Assembly: GCA_049997795.1 (NCBI GenBank)
Contig: JBEKVT010000002.1
Span: 1,664-65,663 of the forward strand
DNA length: 64,000 nt
Direction of reading: 5' to 3'
Origin: Minisyncoccia bacterium
Lineage (GTDB): Bacteria > Patescibacteriota > Minisyncoccia > Phycocordibacterales > PALSA-1337
Below, one piece after another: positions 45,200 to 55,625 of the stretch (the first letter of the stretch is position 1; every line of letters starts with the position of its first letter). Made by a program: the position numbers and the translations under genes. The notes under the pieces are model-generated. The model did no database searches. It was not told the origin of the DNA and saw only the letters and a program-made list of their open reading frames with translations.

Positions 45200-46216
45200 A
45201 TGCCCGTCCTCTACCGCACCTATCGCCCGCAGAAATGGTCCGAAGTCATGGGCCAGGACCACATCGTGGAAGCTCTGAAAGATGCCGTTGCGAATAAGCG
45301 GGTGTCTCACGCCTACCTTTTTTCCGGCTCGCGCGGCACCGGCAAGACCACGGTGGCCCGCATCCTGGCCAAATCGGTCGAGACGGCCGACGAGGACGTC
45401 TACGAGATAGACGCGGCCTCGAATCGCGGCATCGACGACATCCGCGAGCTCCGCGAGCATGTCTCGGTCCTGCCGTTCTCCTCGCCTTTCAAGGTCTATA
45501 TCATCGACGAGGTGCACATGCTCTCCAAGGACGCTTGGAACGCTCTCCTGAAGACCCTGGAAGAGCCGCCGAAGCACGTCATCTTCATCCTGGCCACTAC
45601 GGAGATAGAGAAGGTGCCGGAGACCATAGTCTCGCGCTGCCAGACATTCGCTTTCAGGAAACCCGGCAGAGAAATCATAAGGAAATTGGTGCTCGCGGTA
45701 GCCAAGAAAGAGGGTTGCGACCTCGACGCCGGCGCTTCCGATCTGATCGCGCTCCTCGGCGACGGCTCGTTCAGGGACGCCCTGGGCATGCTCGAGAAGG
45801 TCATGGCTGCCTCGGCGGATAAGAAGCTGACTCGGCAAGAAGTGGAATCCATCACCGGAGCGCCGAGGGCCGGCTTGGTCAATCGTTTCATCGAGGATCT
45901 GGCCGCCAAGAACGGGGACGCCGCTCTGGCGGTCATCGCGGAAACGGAGAAGGCCGGCATCTCCATGAATATCTTCGCCACCCTAGTCCTCGAGAAGATG
46001 CGCTTCATCCTGCTCGTGGAGCATTCGAAGGCCTCCGAAGCGGCCATACGCGAGCGCGTCTCGCCTGACGACTGGGAATTCATTTCAGCGGAAGCAGGGA
46101 AGAGGAGCATGGCTCCGGAGACGCTCATCGCCATGCTCGAAGCCGTCGAGGCCGTCCCTCGCGCCAGGATCGAGCAGCTGCCCCTCGAGTTGGCTGTCGT
46201 CAAGATCTGTGGTTAA
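45200..46216 (+). CDS. dnaX: DNA polymerase III subunit gamma/tau
   Basis: LYRTYRP, GSRGTGKTT, EIDAASNRG, IIDEVHMLS and SRC. Confidence 0.96.
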   Translation: MPVLYRTYRPQKWSEVMGQDHIVEALKDAVANKRVSHAYLFSGSRGTGKTTVARILAKSVETADEDVYEIDAASNRGIDDIRELREHVSVLPFSSPFKVYIIDEVHMLSKDAWNALLKTLEEPPKHVIFILATTEIEKVPETIVSRCQTFAFRKPGREIIRKLVLAVAKKEGCDLDAGASDLIALLGDGSFRDALGMLEKVMAASADKKLTRQEVESITGAPRAGLVNRFIEDLAAKNGDAALAVIAETEKAGISMNIFATLVLEKMRFILLVEHSKASEAAIRERVSPDDWEFISAEAGKRSMAPETLIAMLEAVEAVPRARIEQLPLELAVVKICG

Positions 46217-46230
46217 ATGACGGTGCCATT

Positions 46231-46301
46231 TGCGGGATCGTCTAATGGTAGGACACGAGCCTTTGAAGCTCGCTATCTTGGTTCGACTCCAAGTCCCGCA
46301 G
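46231..46301 (+). tRNA. tRNA-Gln (TTG)
   Basis: TGCGGGA acceptor, CGAGC-CTTTGAA-GCTCG anticodon arm, GGTTCGACTCC. Confidence 0.95.
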
Positions 46302-46405
46302 CAGACAAAAAATTGTTTATCCTAGACAAGCCAAACGTTCCGTGGTAGATTCTCCACGATTTCGAACGTTCTTTTCCCAACCATCCAACCAACCCAGTCC
46401 GAATC

Positions 46406-46693
46406 ATGAAAAAGGTAGTCAGCCCGGAAGTCGCTAAGGCAGAACGCAGAGGTAATAAAGATACGAATCATCCGTGGAAGATCGTTTATCTCTCCGCGGA
46501 TGGCGTTCCCATCAAAAAGAAGGAGGATGCCTGCTGTGGGTTCTCGTGCGCCCTGAAGAAGGCCCGCCACGCTCTCAACGGCAAGAGTTCGCCGCCGGTC
46601 AAGGAAGTCCGCATCTACGGGGACAGCAATAAAGCTCCGGCGAAATTCCGGGACGGATTCAAGAACGGGTATTTCACTGTCATCGCCGCCTGA
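46406..46693 (+). CDS. Small basic hypothetical protein
   Basis: ORF between a TAGACA-N17-TAGATT promoter-like site and a terminator at about 46719-46742. Confidence 0.55.
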   Translation: MKKVVSPEVAKAERRGNKDTNHPWKIVYLSADGVPIKKKEDACCGFSCALKKARHALNGKSSPPVKEVRIYGDSNKAPAKFRDGFKNGYFTVIAA

Positions 46694-46777
46694 ATCGATT
46701 GTGAGCTAGCTATTTCGGCCGCAGGATTCCCTGCGGTTTTTTATTGAAGAACGGGCGCGTATGTTAGACTATACCCC

Positions 46778-47890
46778 ATGCTCGCCATCAGTTTGTTCCT
46801 GATCATAGGGACCCTCATCATCGGTCTGATCCACGCGGTCATATACAAGGCCGTGGTAGTGGCTTTCGCCGTTTCATCCTCTGTCTGGCTCCTGGCTCTT
46901 AGGATCGTCTTCGCGATCCTCACCGTCAGTTTCGTGCTGGCCCTGTTCCTCGTCCGTTCTTTTGACACTGCCGTTGTCCAGATGTTCTACAAAGCTGCTG
47001 CCGTCTGGATGGGCTTCGCCGTATACCTATTCTTCGCCGCCTGCCTGTACGGCCTTGCCGTCGGCATCTTGGCGATAGTCCGACCAGGGACAAATCTCAT
47101 GTGGCTCGCCGTCGTCCTCTTCGCCGTCGCCATCGGCACCGGTATCTATGGCCTCATCCACGCCGCTGATCTGAAAACCAAGGAAGTGACCGTATCGTTG
47201 TCGAATCTGCCTACGGCTTGGCAAGGCAGGCGCGCCGTCTGGGTGAGTGACATGCACTTGGGTGCCATTTACGGAGCCGACTTCAGCCGCGAGGTGACCG
47301 ACGCCGTTAATGCTCTCCATCCAGACATCGTCTGGATCGGCGGCGACCTGTACGATGGCGTCAAGGTTGACGATGATGCCATCATCGCTCCGCTCGCTGG
47401 TTTGAAAGCGCCTCTCGGTATATATTTCGTCACCGGCAATCATGAGGAGTTCGGGGATTCCGGGCCCTTCATCACGGCCATAAAGAAGATCGGCATCCGC
47501 GTTCTCAATAACGAATCCGTGGGCATCAATGGATTGCAGCTCGTCGGCGTCGACGACCGCGATTCAACAGATCAGGTCAAGTTCGCCGCCATATTGTCCG
47601 GGCTCAACATCGACAAGAGTCGGCCGTCGATCCTTCTCAAACATCAGCCATCACAGCTAGATATGGCCGAGAAGGCCGGCATATCGCTCCAGATCTCCGG
47701 CCATACCCACCGCGCCCAGATATGGCCCTTTTCTCTGATCACTCATTGGATATTCCACGGCTACGATTACGGCCTGAATGAATGGGGGACCATGAAAGTC
47801 TTGTCTTCGAGCGGAGCCGGCACCTGGGGACCGCCCATGCGCGTCGGCACCGATGCCGAGATCGTCGTTATCACCTTCGATTTACGCTGA
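46778..47890 (+). CDS. Membrane-anchored metallophosphoesterase (YkuE-like)
   Basis: SDMHLG, GGDLYD, GNHE and SGHTH motifs; four N-terminal TM segments. Confidence 0.93.
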   Translation: MLAISLFLIIGTLIIGLIHAVIYKAVVVAFAVSSSVWLLALRIVFAILTVSFVLALFLVRSFDTAVVQMFYKAAAVWMGFAVYLFFAACLYGLAVGILAIVRPGTNLMWLAVVLFAVAIGTGIYGLIHAADLKTKEVTVSLSNLPTAWQGRRAVWVSDMHLGAIYGADFSREVTDAVNALHPDIVWIGGDLYDGVKVDDDAIIAPLAGLKAPLGIYFVTGNHEEFGDSGPFITAIKKIGIRVLNNESVGINGLQLVGVDDRDSTDQVKFAAILSGLNIDKSRPSILLKHQPSQLDMAEKAGISLQISGHTHRAQIWPFSLITHWIFHGYDYGLNEWGTMKVLSSSGAGTWGPPMRVGTDAEIVVITFDLR

Positions 47891-47927
47891 AAGCCTTTCT
47901 TCTGGTATAATATCCGCTCCAGAGGCC

Positions 47928-48605
47928 ATGCAATTCATCCAAGCGAAAGATCCGAGCGGGGGCGCCGCGGCCGTGGCGGACCGCATCGCCCGAACGCTCC
48001 GACAGGGAAAAAAGGTCCTGTGGTTCGTCTGTGGCGGTTCCAACATCCCGATCTCAGTAGAGATCCTGGCGGTGATCCGGCGGGAGGTCTCCAAGAGATC
48101 GATAAGCAATCTGACGGTAGCCCAGACCGACGAGCGCTACGACCATGTCGGCCATCCCGAATCAAACTGGCAGATGCTCATCGACGCCGGCTTCAATCAG
48201 GCGAACCTCAGCGTCTTGCCGATCCTGACCGGCAAATCAGTCAAAGACACCGTGACCGACTACTCCAGGAAAGTGGAGGCGGCGATGATGACCTCGGCAG
48301 GCGAAGGAGATCTCGTCATCGGCCAATTCGGCATGGGTGAGGATGGGCATATCGCCGGCATCATGCCGCATTCGCCGGCCATTTCAGATCCGGGACCGAT
48401 ATCGGCTTACGAGGCCGGCCCGTTAGTCCGGATAACTGTGTCGCCAGCCATGATCGAGAGGATCCCCGTCGCTTACGCTTTCGTTTTCGGCTCCCCCAAG
48501 AAAGAAGCCGTGCGGCGCCTGCGCGAAGAGAATCTCTCCATCCAAGACCAGCCTGCCCAGGTATTGAAAAGGCTGAAAGAAGCCTATGTATACAGCGACC
48601 AATGA
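47928..48605 (+). CDS. 6-phosphogluconolactonase-like protein
   Basis: CGGS, TDERY..VGHPESN and GMGEDGHIAG motifs. Confidence 0.85.
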   Translation: MQFIQAKDPSGGAAAVADRIARTLRQGKKVLWFVCGGSNIPISVEILAVIRREVSKRSISNLTVAQTDERYDHVGHPESNWQMLIDAGFNQANLSVLPILTGKSVKDTVTDYSRKVEAAMMTSAGEGDLVIGQFGMGEDGHIAGIMPHSPAISDPGPISAYEAGPLVRITVSPAMIERIPVAYAFVFGSPKKEAVRRLREENLSIQDQPAQVLKRLKEAYVYSDQ

Positions 48606-48689
48606 AGGCTGCAGGCACCACCATTCATCCATCCGTCGTATGTGTAGTATAATGATGTCCATCTCATTATCAGCCATAATCATCAGTGC

Positions 48690-49010
48690 ATGCATCAAAA
48701 ACATATGTCAAGCATGACTAAAACGGCTATCGCCCTTATCGTCCTGATCGTGGTCATCCTTGTCGGCTGGCTCTGGTACGTTAATTCTTCCGGCGGCATG
48801 CCGACAGCGGGACAATCTGCGCCGATCACGCCGATCCCTCCGACGCCGAACGGCCAAGGGGCGACTCCCATCGGCGGCGTGACCGCTCCTTCCGACTCGT
48901 CGGACGCGGCCATAGACCAAGACATGACGTCAATCGGCGGCCAGGTGAACGGCCTTAACGCCGATTCGGCCAATGCCGGTCAGAACTCAGCGGTTCCGCA
49001 GCTGCAGTGA
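48690..49010 (+). CDS. Small membrane-anchored hypothetical protein
   Basis: TM segment, Pro/Thr linker and SDSSDAAIDQD; start may lie a few codons downstream. Confidence 0.65.
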   Translation: MHQKHMSSMTKTAIALIVLIVVILVGWLWYVNSSGGMPTAGQSAPITPIPPTPNGQGATPIGGVTAPSDSSDAAIDQDMTSIGGQVNGLNADSANAGQNSAVPQLQ

Positions 49011-49044
49011 GGCGGCCAGTCTATCTATCAGAACTTAATCGCAC

Positions 49045-49890
49045 ATGCATCACATCATGAAATCACGCATCATATACACAGCCGCCTCTCTGGCATTATG
49101 CGCTTCGTTTGCGGCGGTTCTGCCGGCCTTCGCCCAAACGGGCGAGAATGCGGCGACGGCCGGTCCGACGAACCCTCCTGGCGCGCCGGCGATAACGGCT
49201 AGGAGCGCCGCCTTGGCAGGACGGATAGACAGCCTAGAGAACCGCGCCGAACAGGCTGTCACTGATCGCATCGACAGCCTGAACATGATGGTAGGCCGGA
49301 TCACAGGCATGAAGAACCTCTCCGACAGTCAGAAGACGGCGCTCTCGACGACCATCCAAGCCGAGATCGCGGACATGAACGCCCTCAAGACGAAGCTCCA
49401 AGCCGACGCTTCCACCACCAGCCTGAGGACCGATATCAAATCGATCACTTCGGACTATCGCATATATATGGTGGTCGAACCGCAGATCTCCATCTTGGCG
49501 GCGGCCGACAGGACAAGCACGATCGTTGGCTTGCTCACCACGCTTTCCGGCAAACTCGAGACGCGGTTGTCCCAGGCTGCCAACGCGTCTAACCTTGCCT
49601 CTCTCCAGGCAGACCTCGCCGACATGAGCGCCAAGCTGACCGACGCTGCGGCGCAAGCCACGGCCGCCGCAAGCGAAGTGGCAGGCCTGCAGCCTGATAA
49701 AGGCGATCAGACGGTCATGCAGTCGAACAACGCCGCCCTTAAAGACGCCCGCTCGAAGATCCAGGCTGCCAATAAGGACATCCAAGCCGCCTACAAGGAC
49801 GCCCAAGCGATCGTCGCCGGCATGAGAGGCAATAAGCCGCCGGCAGCCTCGGTAGTGCCTACGACGACGCCTCCTACGACTAACCAATAA
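49045..49890 (+). CDS. Secreted alpha-helical/coiled-coil hypothetical protein
   Basis: Signal peptide ending AFA; Ala/Gln-rich heptads. Confidence 0.75.
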   Translation: MHHIMKSRIIYTAASLALCASFAAVLPAFAQTGENAATAGPTNPPGAPAITARSAALAGRIDSLENRAEQAVTDRIDSLNMMVGRITGMKNLSDSQKTALSTTIQAEIADMNALKTKLQADASTTSLRTDIKSITSDYRIYMVVEPQISILAAADRTSTIVGLLTTLSGKLETRLSQAANASNLASLQADLADMSAKLTDAAAQATAAASEVAGLQPDKGDQTVMQSNNAALKDARSKIQAANKDIQAAYKDAQAIVAGMRGNKPPAASVVPTTTPPTTNQ

Positions 49891-49919
49891 GCCCTATCAC
49901 CGTTCCCATGAAGACCGCC

Positions 49920-50624
49920 CTATTTCTGGGGCGGTTTTCTCTTCATGAAGATCTGTTTGAAGAAATGCAGGATGTATCTGCTTTCAAGCCTAATGATGCC
50001 TTCCTTTTTGAACCGGCGGGCCGATGTCTTCATGACCAGACCGGAATCGAAGACGACTTTGCCGTGGCGGGCCAGGCGCTTGGCGGTATCCGTGTCGTCG
50101 CCGTAGAAGGTCAGGGCGGTATCGAAGCCGCCTTCGGCCGCGAGAGCCGAGGCACGCATGAAGCTATTGCCGCCGATCATGACCGCGCCGCTGCCGAGCG
50201 CTTGGGCAAGCCGATTGAACCGATGATACAACGAGCTTTGAAAGACTAGGGCGAACCATCGGAAGGCCGCGTGGCTATCATGGTAGTCATACGGGCCGCT
50301 CGCGCCGGAAACGTCCGGGTCGCTGAAATGCGCCAGACCGCGAGAGAGCCAGCTTCTGTCCGGCAGACAATCGGCGTCCATCCTGACGATGATCTGGCCC
50401 GACGCCTCGAGGCGGCCGCGCTCGCAGGCCCACATCGTACCCCTGCGCTCCTCGCGCACGATCTTCACCGGGAATCCGCCGGCGACCGCGGCGGTCCGGT
50501 CGGTGCTCCCGTTGTCGACGATGATGACTTCGAAGTCCGGGTGGTCCTGGTCCAGGACCGCCCGCAGGGCCTCGGCCAAGAGGGCCTCTTCATTGCGAGC
50601 CGGTATTATGATCGACGCTCTCAT
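49920..50624 (-). CDS. Glycosyltransferase family 2
   Basis: IIIPARNEE, VDNGSTD, MDAD and TSARR. Confidence 0.92.
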   Translation of the reverse strand: MRASIIIPARNEEALLAEALRAVLDQDHPDFEVIIVDNGSTDRTAAVAGGFPVKIVREERRGTMWACERGRLEASGQIIVRMDADCLPDRSWLSRGLAHFSDPDVSGASGPYDYHDSHAAFRWFALVFQSSLYHRFNRLAQALGSGAVMIGGNSFMRASALAAEGGFDTALTFYGDDTDTAKRLARHGKVVFDSGLVMKTSARRFKKEGIIRLESRYILHFFKQIFMKRKPPQK

Positions 50625-50630
50625 CGCGGA

Positions 50631-51353
50631 TCACCTTATGGGTTCCCACTCCTTGACGAAAGCTCTGCCTTTCACGACCATGAAGACCGAATTCAGGAAC
50701 CAGAGCGATAAGAGGCGGAGCCAGCCGATCTTATGGGCTCGGCGGCCGGTATGATATATCACAAGGCCTTTCTCGTAGCGGACGTGGCCGGCCTTGGCGA
50801 GCCTGGAGAACAACTCAATGTCTTCGCTCGCCGCCAGCCGCCCGTTATAGCCCCCGAGCCGGTCGAAGGCGTCCTTGCGGATCATCTGGAATTCTCCGGC
50901 GGACATGCCGAAATGGAGGATATCGTTCACGAACCAGAGGTAATCATTGAACAGGTTGAAGATGACCCAATCGGTCAGCGTCTCGAACTCCGGCAGGACC
51001 CGGATGGCGACGTTCACGGCCACGAGCTTCGGGTCTCTCCCGAAATGCTTCATGATCTTGTTGAAGAAAGAATCCGGCTCTTTGATGGTGCAATCAGCGT
51101 CCATAAATACCAGGAATTCTCCCCGGGCGGCTTTGGCGCCGTCGTTCCGGCCTTCGGCGATGGTCTGGCGCTTCTTCCCGGAGTAGACGATGACTTTGTC
51201 TGCGTATCTTCCGGCGATCTCCGCCGTGCGATCCGAGCTCCGGCCGTCGGAGATGATGATCTCGTAAGGGATCGAGAGCTTTGATTTCAAAGACGTCAGC
51301 GTCTTCTCGATGACGCTCTCCTCATTCAAGGTTGGGATGATGATCGAAAGCAT
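50631..51353 (-). CDS. Glycosyltransferase family 2
   Basis: IIIPTLNEE, SDGRSSD, FMDAD and SEDIE. Confidence 0.92.
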   Translation of the reverse strand: MLSIIIPTLNEESVIEKTLTSLKSKLSIPYEIIISDGRSSDRTAEIAGRYADKVIVYSGKKRQTIAEGRNDGAKAARGEFLVFMDADCTIKEPDSFFNKIMKHFGRDPKLVAVNVAIRVLPEFETLTDWVIFNLFNDYLWFVNDILHFGMSAGEFQMIRKDAFDRLGGYNGRLAASEDIELFSRLAKAGHVRYEKGLVIYHTGRRAHKIGWLRLLSLWFLNSVFMVVKGRAFVKEWEPIR

Positions 51354-51363
51354 GGCAGTCGCG

Positions 51364-51963
51364 TCATATCTCTATCTCCTCGGCCCGCTTGCGCAGGTAT
51401 TGGACATATCGGAAAAGGGCGAAACATACGAGGACGATGCCGACTATCAAGGAGATCCGGCCGGCCCAGTTGTTGACCTGGATGTAGGCGCTCGAGAAGA
51501 AATAGCCGACGGCGAGCAGAATGCCAGTCCAGACGAATTGCCCGAGCAGGTTGACAGAGAGGTATTCGCCGAAGGGGATGCGGACCACGCCGGCAGTCAT
51601 CAAGGTGACGAGCGAGAAGCCGAAGCCGTTCGAGATCTTGGAGATGAACAGTACGGCGTGCTTGTATTTGTGGAACAATCTGGTCATCTTCCCGACCTTC
51701 TCTTCGGTGACGCCGAAATATTTGCCCCAGCGCGCGATGAAGCCGTGGCCGTAGACCCGGCCGATCCGATACCAGATGCCGTCTCCGATCAAGTCGCCGA
51801 GCATGAGACAGGCATAAATCGGGATGAAGTGCAGATAGCCGAGGCGGAGCAGGACGCCGAAGACGACGGAAAGGATCGGGCCCTCGGCGCAGGCCAGGAT
51901 GATGATCAGAAAATATATGAGCAGATTGTGGTCGAGGGCGAAGCCGATAGTCCACTGCAGCAT
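51364..51963 (-). CDS. DedA family membrane protein
   Basis: EGP, GDLIGD..WY.IGR and AG..RIPF..Y; start 51963 lies 7 nt after TAGAAT. Confidence 0.88.
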   Translation of the reverse strand: MLQWTIGFALDHNLLIYFLIIILACAEGPILSVVFGVLLRLGYLHFIPIYACLMLGDLIGDGIWYRIGRVYGHGFIARWGKYFGVTEEKVGKMTRLFHKYKHAVLFISKISNGFGFSLVTLMTAGVVRIPFGEYLSVNLLGQFVWTGILLAVGYFFSSAYIQVNNWAGRISLIVGIVLVCFALFRYVQYLRKRAEEIEI

Positions 51964-52001
51964 AAGCCATATTCTACACGCTTTCATGTTATATTGAAAT
52001 C

Positions 52002-53048
52002 ATGTTTTACGAAAAGGTCCTGAAACCGATACTGTTCCGCCGCGATCCGGAGTCGGTCCACGATCTCTTCACGCGCATAGGTGAATCCCTGGGCAAGCGC
52101 GGCCTTGGCCGCGGCGCCGTTGAAGCCGTGTACGGCTATCATGGCGCCGACATCTCCAAGACCTTGGACGGCATAAGATATCGTACGCCGTTCCTTCTGG
52201 CGGCCGGCTTCGATTACAACGCTAGGCTGACGAGGATATTGCCGCACATCGGCCTCGGCGGGGAAGAGATCGGCTCGATCACCGCTCGAGCCTGCGAAGG
52301 CAATCCCAAGCCGCGCCTCTCGCGCCTGTCGAGATCCAAGAGTATCTTGGTAAATAAAGGGCTTAGAAACGACGGCGTAGAGGCTATTATCGAACGGCTG
52401 AAAGCCGCGCCGCGCGAGAAAGATTTCGTCCTCGGCGTCTCTATCGCCAGGACCAACGATCGGACGTCGGCGCCGATCCAGGCCGGCATAGACGATTACG
52501 TCCAGTCGTTCAGGCGCTTGAATGAAGAGAAGATCGGCGATTATTACACCATCAACATATCCTGTCCAAACGCTTTCGGCGGCGAAGCCTTCACCACGCC
52601 GGAGCTCCTGGACCGTTTGCTCCAAGCCATAAGGGCCGTGCCGTCGAAGAAGCCGGCTTACGTCAAGATGCCCATCAACTTGCCCTGGGACCGCTTCGAC
52701 GCCTTGCTCAAGGTGATCGACCGTCGGAATCTTAACGGCGTGGTCATCGGCAATCTGAACAAAGATTACGATTCTCTCGATTTCCGCGACGAGGCCCCGG
52801 CCGTCTATAAGGGCGGCTTATCCGGAAAGCCATGCATGCATCCGTCGACCGACCTCATATACAAGACCCGCGAGCTCTACGGCCGCCGTTTCACCATCTT
52901 CGGCGTAGGGGGAGTGATGTCGCCGGAGACCGCCAAGGAAAAATTCGACGCCGGCGCCGATCTAATCCAGCTCATCACTGGGCTCATCTTCAAAGGGCCC
53001 GGCCTCGTCAGGAGGATGTGCGCGGCCCGCGCCCTGCCGCTCAAATAA
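52002..53048 (+). CDS. pyrD: Quinone-dependent dihydroorotate dehydrogenase
   Basis: DPESVH, LAAGFD, GNPKPRL.R, INISCPN, GGLSGKP and GVGG. Confidence 0.93.
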   Translation: MFYEKVLKPILFRRDPESVHDLFTRIGESLGKRGLGRGAVEAVYGYHGADISKTLDGIRYRTPFLLAAGFDYNARLTRILPHIGLGGEEIGSITARACEGNPKPRLSRLSRSKSILVNKGLRNDGVEAIIERLKAAPREKDFVLGVSIARTNDRTSAPIQAGIDDYVQSFRRLNEEKIGDYYTINISCPNAFGGEAFTTPELLDRLLQAIRAVPSKKPAYVKMPINLPWDRFDALLKVIDRRNLNGVVIGNLNKDYDSLDFRDEAPAVYKGGLSGKPCMHPSTDLIYKTRELYGRRFTIFGVGGVMSPETAKEKFDAGADLIQLITGLIFKGPGLVRRMCAARALPLK

Positions 53049-53104
53049 AAAGCGGCCCCGCGAGCGGGCCGCCGAAAGTAAAGAACAGTGGACGAAGAGT
53101 CCGA

Positions 53105-53521
53105 TCAGACGCACGCGGCGCTTGCCGCAGATCGCAAGCAGCCGAGACGATGATTCCTGTCCAGGCCGAGCTTGAGGCATTCCGCGACCTTGCGCTTCAC
53201 GGTATGGAACGTGTCGCGAATGTAGAGGAGGAGGGTCAAGACGCCATTGTCTCGCAGCAGTCTTTTGAACTCGCTCTTCTTCGGCCGCGACGGCAGGACC
53301 ACGATGCGCAACCTGAATCCCAAGCTCCTTCTGCCGGTGCCTTGGACGACCGTCCGGAAATCAGCGAGCTGCTCGGGGGTACGCTTCACTCGACAGAAGC
53401 GCACTACGGGGTATCTGAGGCCGTATGCCGGCTTCTCGGTCAAGGCAAGGAGAGCTAATTCGACTTTCGTCATCATCTCTCCGATGACATTGCGGTGACA
53501 AGCGAATGATTCAGTGGACAT
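53105..53521 (-). CDS. Hypothetical protein
   Basis: Fills the pyrD-gap gap, with a TGtTATATT -10 upstream and a hairpin at about 53048-53073 downstream; no recognisable motif. Confidence 0.4.
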   Translation of the reverse strand: MSTESFACHRNVIGEMMTKVELALLALTEKPAYGLRYPVVRFCRVKRTPEQLADFRTVVQGTGRRSLGFRLRIVVLPSRPKKSEFKRLLRDNGVLTLLLYIRDTFHTVKRKVAECLKLGLDRNHRLGCLRSAASAACV

Positions 53522-53634
53522 ACTGCCCATCAATATAACATGCTTATCCAGGCCGGCTATTCACATGCCGGAGCGCCACTCCCGTATGATACAATGTAAG
53601 CGCTATCTTTAACCGTCCTCGGACGGAAAACACC

Positions 53635-54666
53635 ATGAAAAAAATCCGCGTCGCCATCAACGGTTTCGGCAGGATCGGCCGGGCCTTCCTCCGGGTCGCC
53701 AAGGAGCGCCAGGAGATAGAGGTCGTGGCCGTGAACGACCTCGGCGACATCGAGAATTTCGCCTATCTCCTGAAGCACGACAGCGTCTACGGCACGAGCC
53801 CATTCGACGTCTCCGTGAACGAGAAGAACGGCTCGCTCATGGTCGACGGCCAGGAGATCCTGTTCGTAAGCGAGAAGGACCCGACCATGCTGCCGTGGAA
53901 GAAATTGGATATCGACGTAGTCGTCGAGTCCACTGGGCTGTTCACCTCCGCAGAGAAGGCTAACCATCACATCGATGCCGGCGCCAAGCGGGTGGTCATC
54001 TCCGCGCCGATTAAAGATGCTCCGGATGCCGCAGTAAAAGGCGAGACCGTCCTCATGGCCATGAACGAGGTTAAGCTCGAATCATGCCCGATCTCTTCCA
54101 ACGCCTCCTGCACCACCAATGCCGGCTCGCCCCTGATCGCCATCCTCGACGAAGCTATCGGCATAGAGAAGGCGCTCCTCAACACCGTGCATGCCTACAC
54201 CGCGAGCCAATCGATAGTTGACGGACCATCCAAGAAAGACCTGCGTGAAGGCCGGGCCGGCGCCGAGAACATCGTGCCCTCATCGACCGGAGCGGCCATA
54301 GCAGTCACCAAGGTCATCACCCAATTGAGCGGCAAGTTCGACGGCATCTCCATCAGGGTGCCAGTCGTGGCGGGCTCGATCGTCGACGTCACTTTCGTCG
54401 GGAAGCGCGACACGACCGCCGAAGAGGTGAATTCCATCCTGAAGAAAGCCGCCGAGAGCCCGCGCTGGCGGGGTATCTTCGCTGTAACGGAGGAGCCGCT
54501 TGTCTCGCGAGACATCATCGGCAACCGCCACGCCTCCATCGCCGATCTCAATTTCACCCGCGTGGTAGGCGGCAATCTGGTCAAGGTCTTGGCTTGGTAT
54601 GACAATGAGATGGGATACACCTATACCCTGGTGGATCATGTGATCAAGGCCGGCAGGCTCGTATAA
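53635..54666 (+). CDS. gap: Glyceraldehyde-3-phosphate dehydrogenase (type I)
   Basis: AINGFGRIGR, SNASCTTN, PSSTGAA and WYDNE. Confidence 0.97.
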   Translation: MKKIRVAINGFGRIGRAFLRVAKERQEIEVVAVNDLGDIENFAYLLKHDSVYGTSPFDVSVNEKNGSLMVDGQEILFVSEKDPTMLPWKKLDIDVVVESTGLFTSAEKANHHIDAGAKRVVISAPIKDAPDAAVKGETVLMAMNEVKLESCPISSNASCTTNAGSPLIAILDEAIGIEKALLNTVHAYTASQSIVDGPSKKDLREGRAGAENIVPSSTGAAIAVTKVITQLSGKFDGISIRVPVVAGSIVDVTFVGKRDTTAEEVNSILKKAAESPRWRGIFAVTEEPLVSRDIIGNRHASIADLNFTRVVGGNLVKVLAWYDNEMGYTYTLVDHVIKAGRLV

Positions 54667-54672
54667 TCAAAG

Positions 54673-54975
54673 ATGGGAAGCTACAACAAATTGGTCAGGG
54701 ATAAAATCCCTGAAATCCTCGATAAGAAAGGCGTTGCATACGAGAAGAGGGCTGCTTCTCCTGAAGAATACAAGGCTGAGCTCGTAAAGAAGCTCGGTGA
54801 AGAGGCCGGGGAATTATCTGAGACTGGAGATCCGGAAGAATTAGCTGATATTGCGGAAGTCATCGAAGCCCTTAAGAAGCTCCCTGAATATAAAAATATC
54901 GAGGAACTAAGACGGAAAAAGCACGCGGAACGTGGGGGTTTTGACAAAAAGATCATCCTTAGGGGCGAGAAGTGA
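54673..54975 (+). CDS. All-alpha nucleoside triphosphate pyrophosphohydrolase (PRA-PH/MazG-like)
   Basis: YNKLVRDKIP, KL.EE..E, EELADI.EV and ERGGF. Confidence 0.88.
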   Translation: MGSYNKLVRDKIPEILDKKGVAYEKRAASPEEYKAELVKKLGEEAGELSETGDPEELADIAEVIEALKKLPEYKNIEELRRKKHAERGGFDKKIILRGEK

Positions 54976-54987
54976 TAATATGGCAAT

Positions 54988-55161
54988 ATGTCAGCATCCG
55001 GCAATTTTTTCCAAGTCATCGCCAAAACGGCTTTTGAATGGGCGTATGGGGGATTGAGAACTATAGCAGTCGCGCACGGCTTGGCGATATTGGAAGTGCT
55101 TGTCTTATTGGTCGTCATCGTCATCCTTATTAAAATATACCACCGCATAAAGATAAAATGA
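54988..55161 (+). CDS. Small single-TM membrane protein (57 aa)
   Basis: MSASGNFFQ...LEVLVLLVVIVILIKIYHRIKIK*; its TGA overlaps the rpiB ATG (ATGA). Confidence 0.55.
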   Translation: MSASGNFFQVIAKTAFEWAYGGLRTIAVAHGLAILEVLVLLVVIVILIKIYHRIKIK

Positions 55162-55625
55162 GCAAAGACGCAAAAACGATCATTCTCGCCGCCGACCATG
55201 CGGGCTTCAAGCTGAAGGAAGCAGTTAAATCGTTCTTGGAAGCGAAGAAGTTCCGGGTCCTGGACGTCGGCGCTCATGAATATACGGAAGACGACGATTA
55301 TCCGGTTTACATGACGGCTGCGGCCATGAAAGTGGCGGAAGATCTAAGCGGGGAGACGAAGGCGGTGATCTTCGGCGGCTCGGGGGCAGGGGAAGCCATC
55401 GTGGCCAATAGATTCCCAGGCGTCCGGGCTCTGGTCTGGTACGGCGGCAATAAGGAAATCTTGAAGCTGTCTCGCGAGCACAATAACGCAAATGTCCTGT
55501 CGATGGGCGCCAGATTCGTGGACGAAAGTACTGCCAAGGAAGCAATCGAATTGTGGTTTTCCACGCCATTCTCGAACGAAGAGCGGCACAAGCGCAGGAT
55601 CCAGGAGATAGACAACATCGAGTGA
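55158..55625 (+). CDS. rpiB: Ribose-5-phosphate isomerase B
   Basis: ADHAGF.LK, DDYP, GGSGAGE, ANR.PGVRA and REHNNANVL. Confidence 0.93.
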   Translation: MSKDAKTIILAADHAGFKLKEAVKSFLEAKKFRVLDVGAHEYTEDDDYPVYMTAAAMKVAEDLSGETKAVIFGGSGAGEAIVANRFPGVRALVWYGGNKEILKLSREHNNANVLSMGARFVDESTAKEAIELWFSTPFSNEERHKRRIQEIDNIE

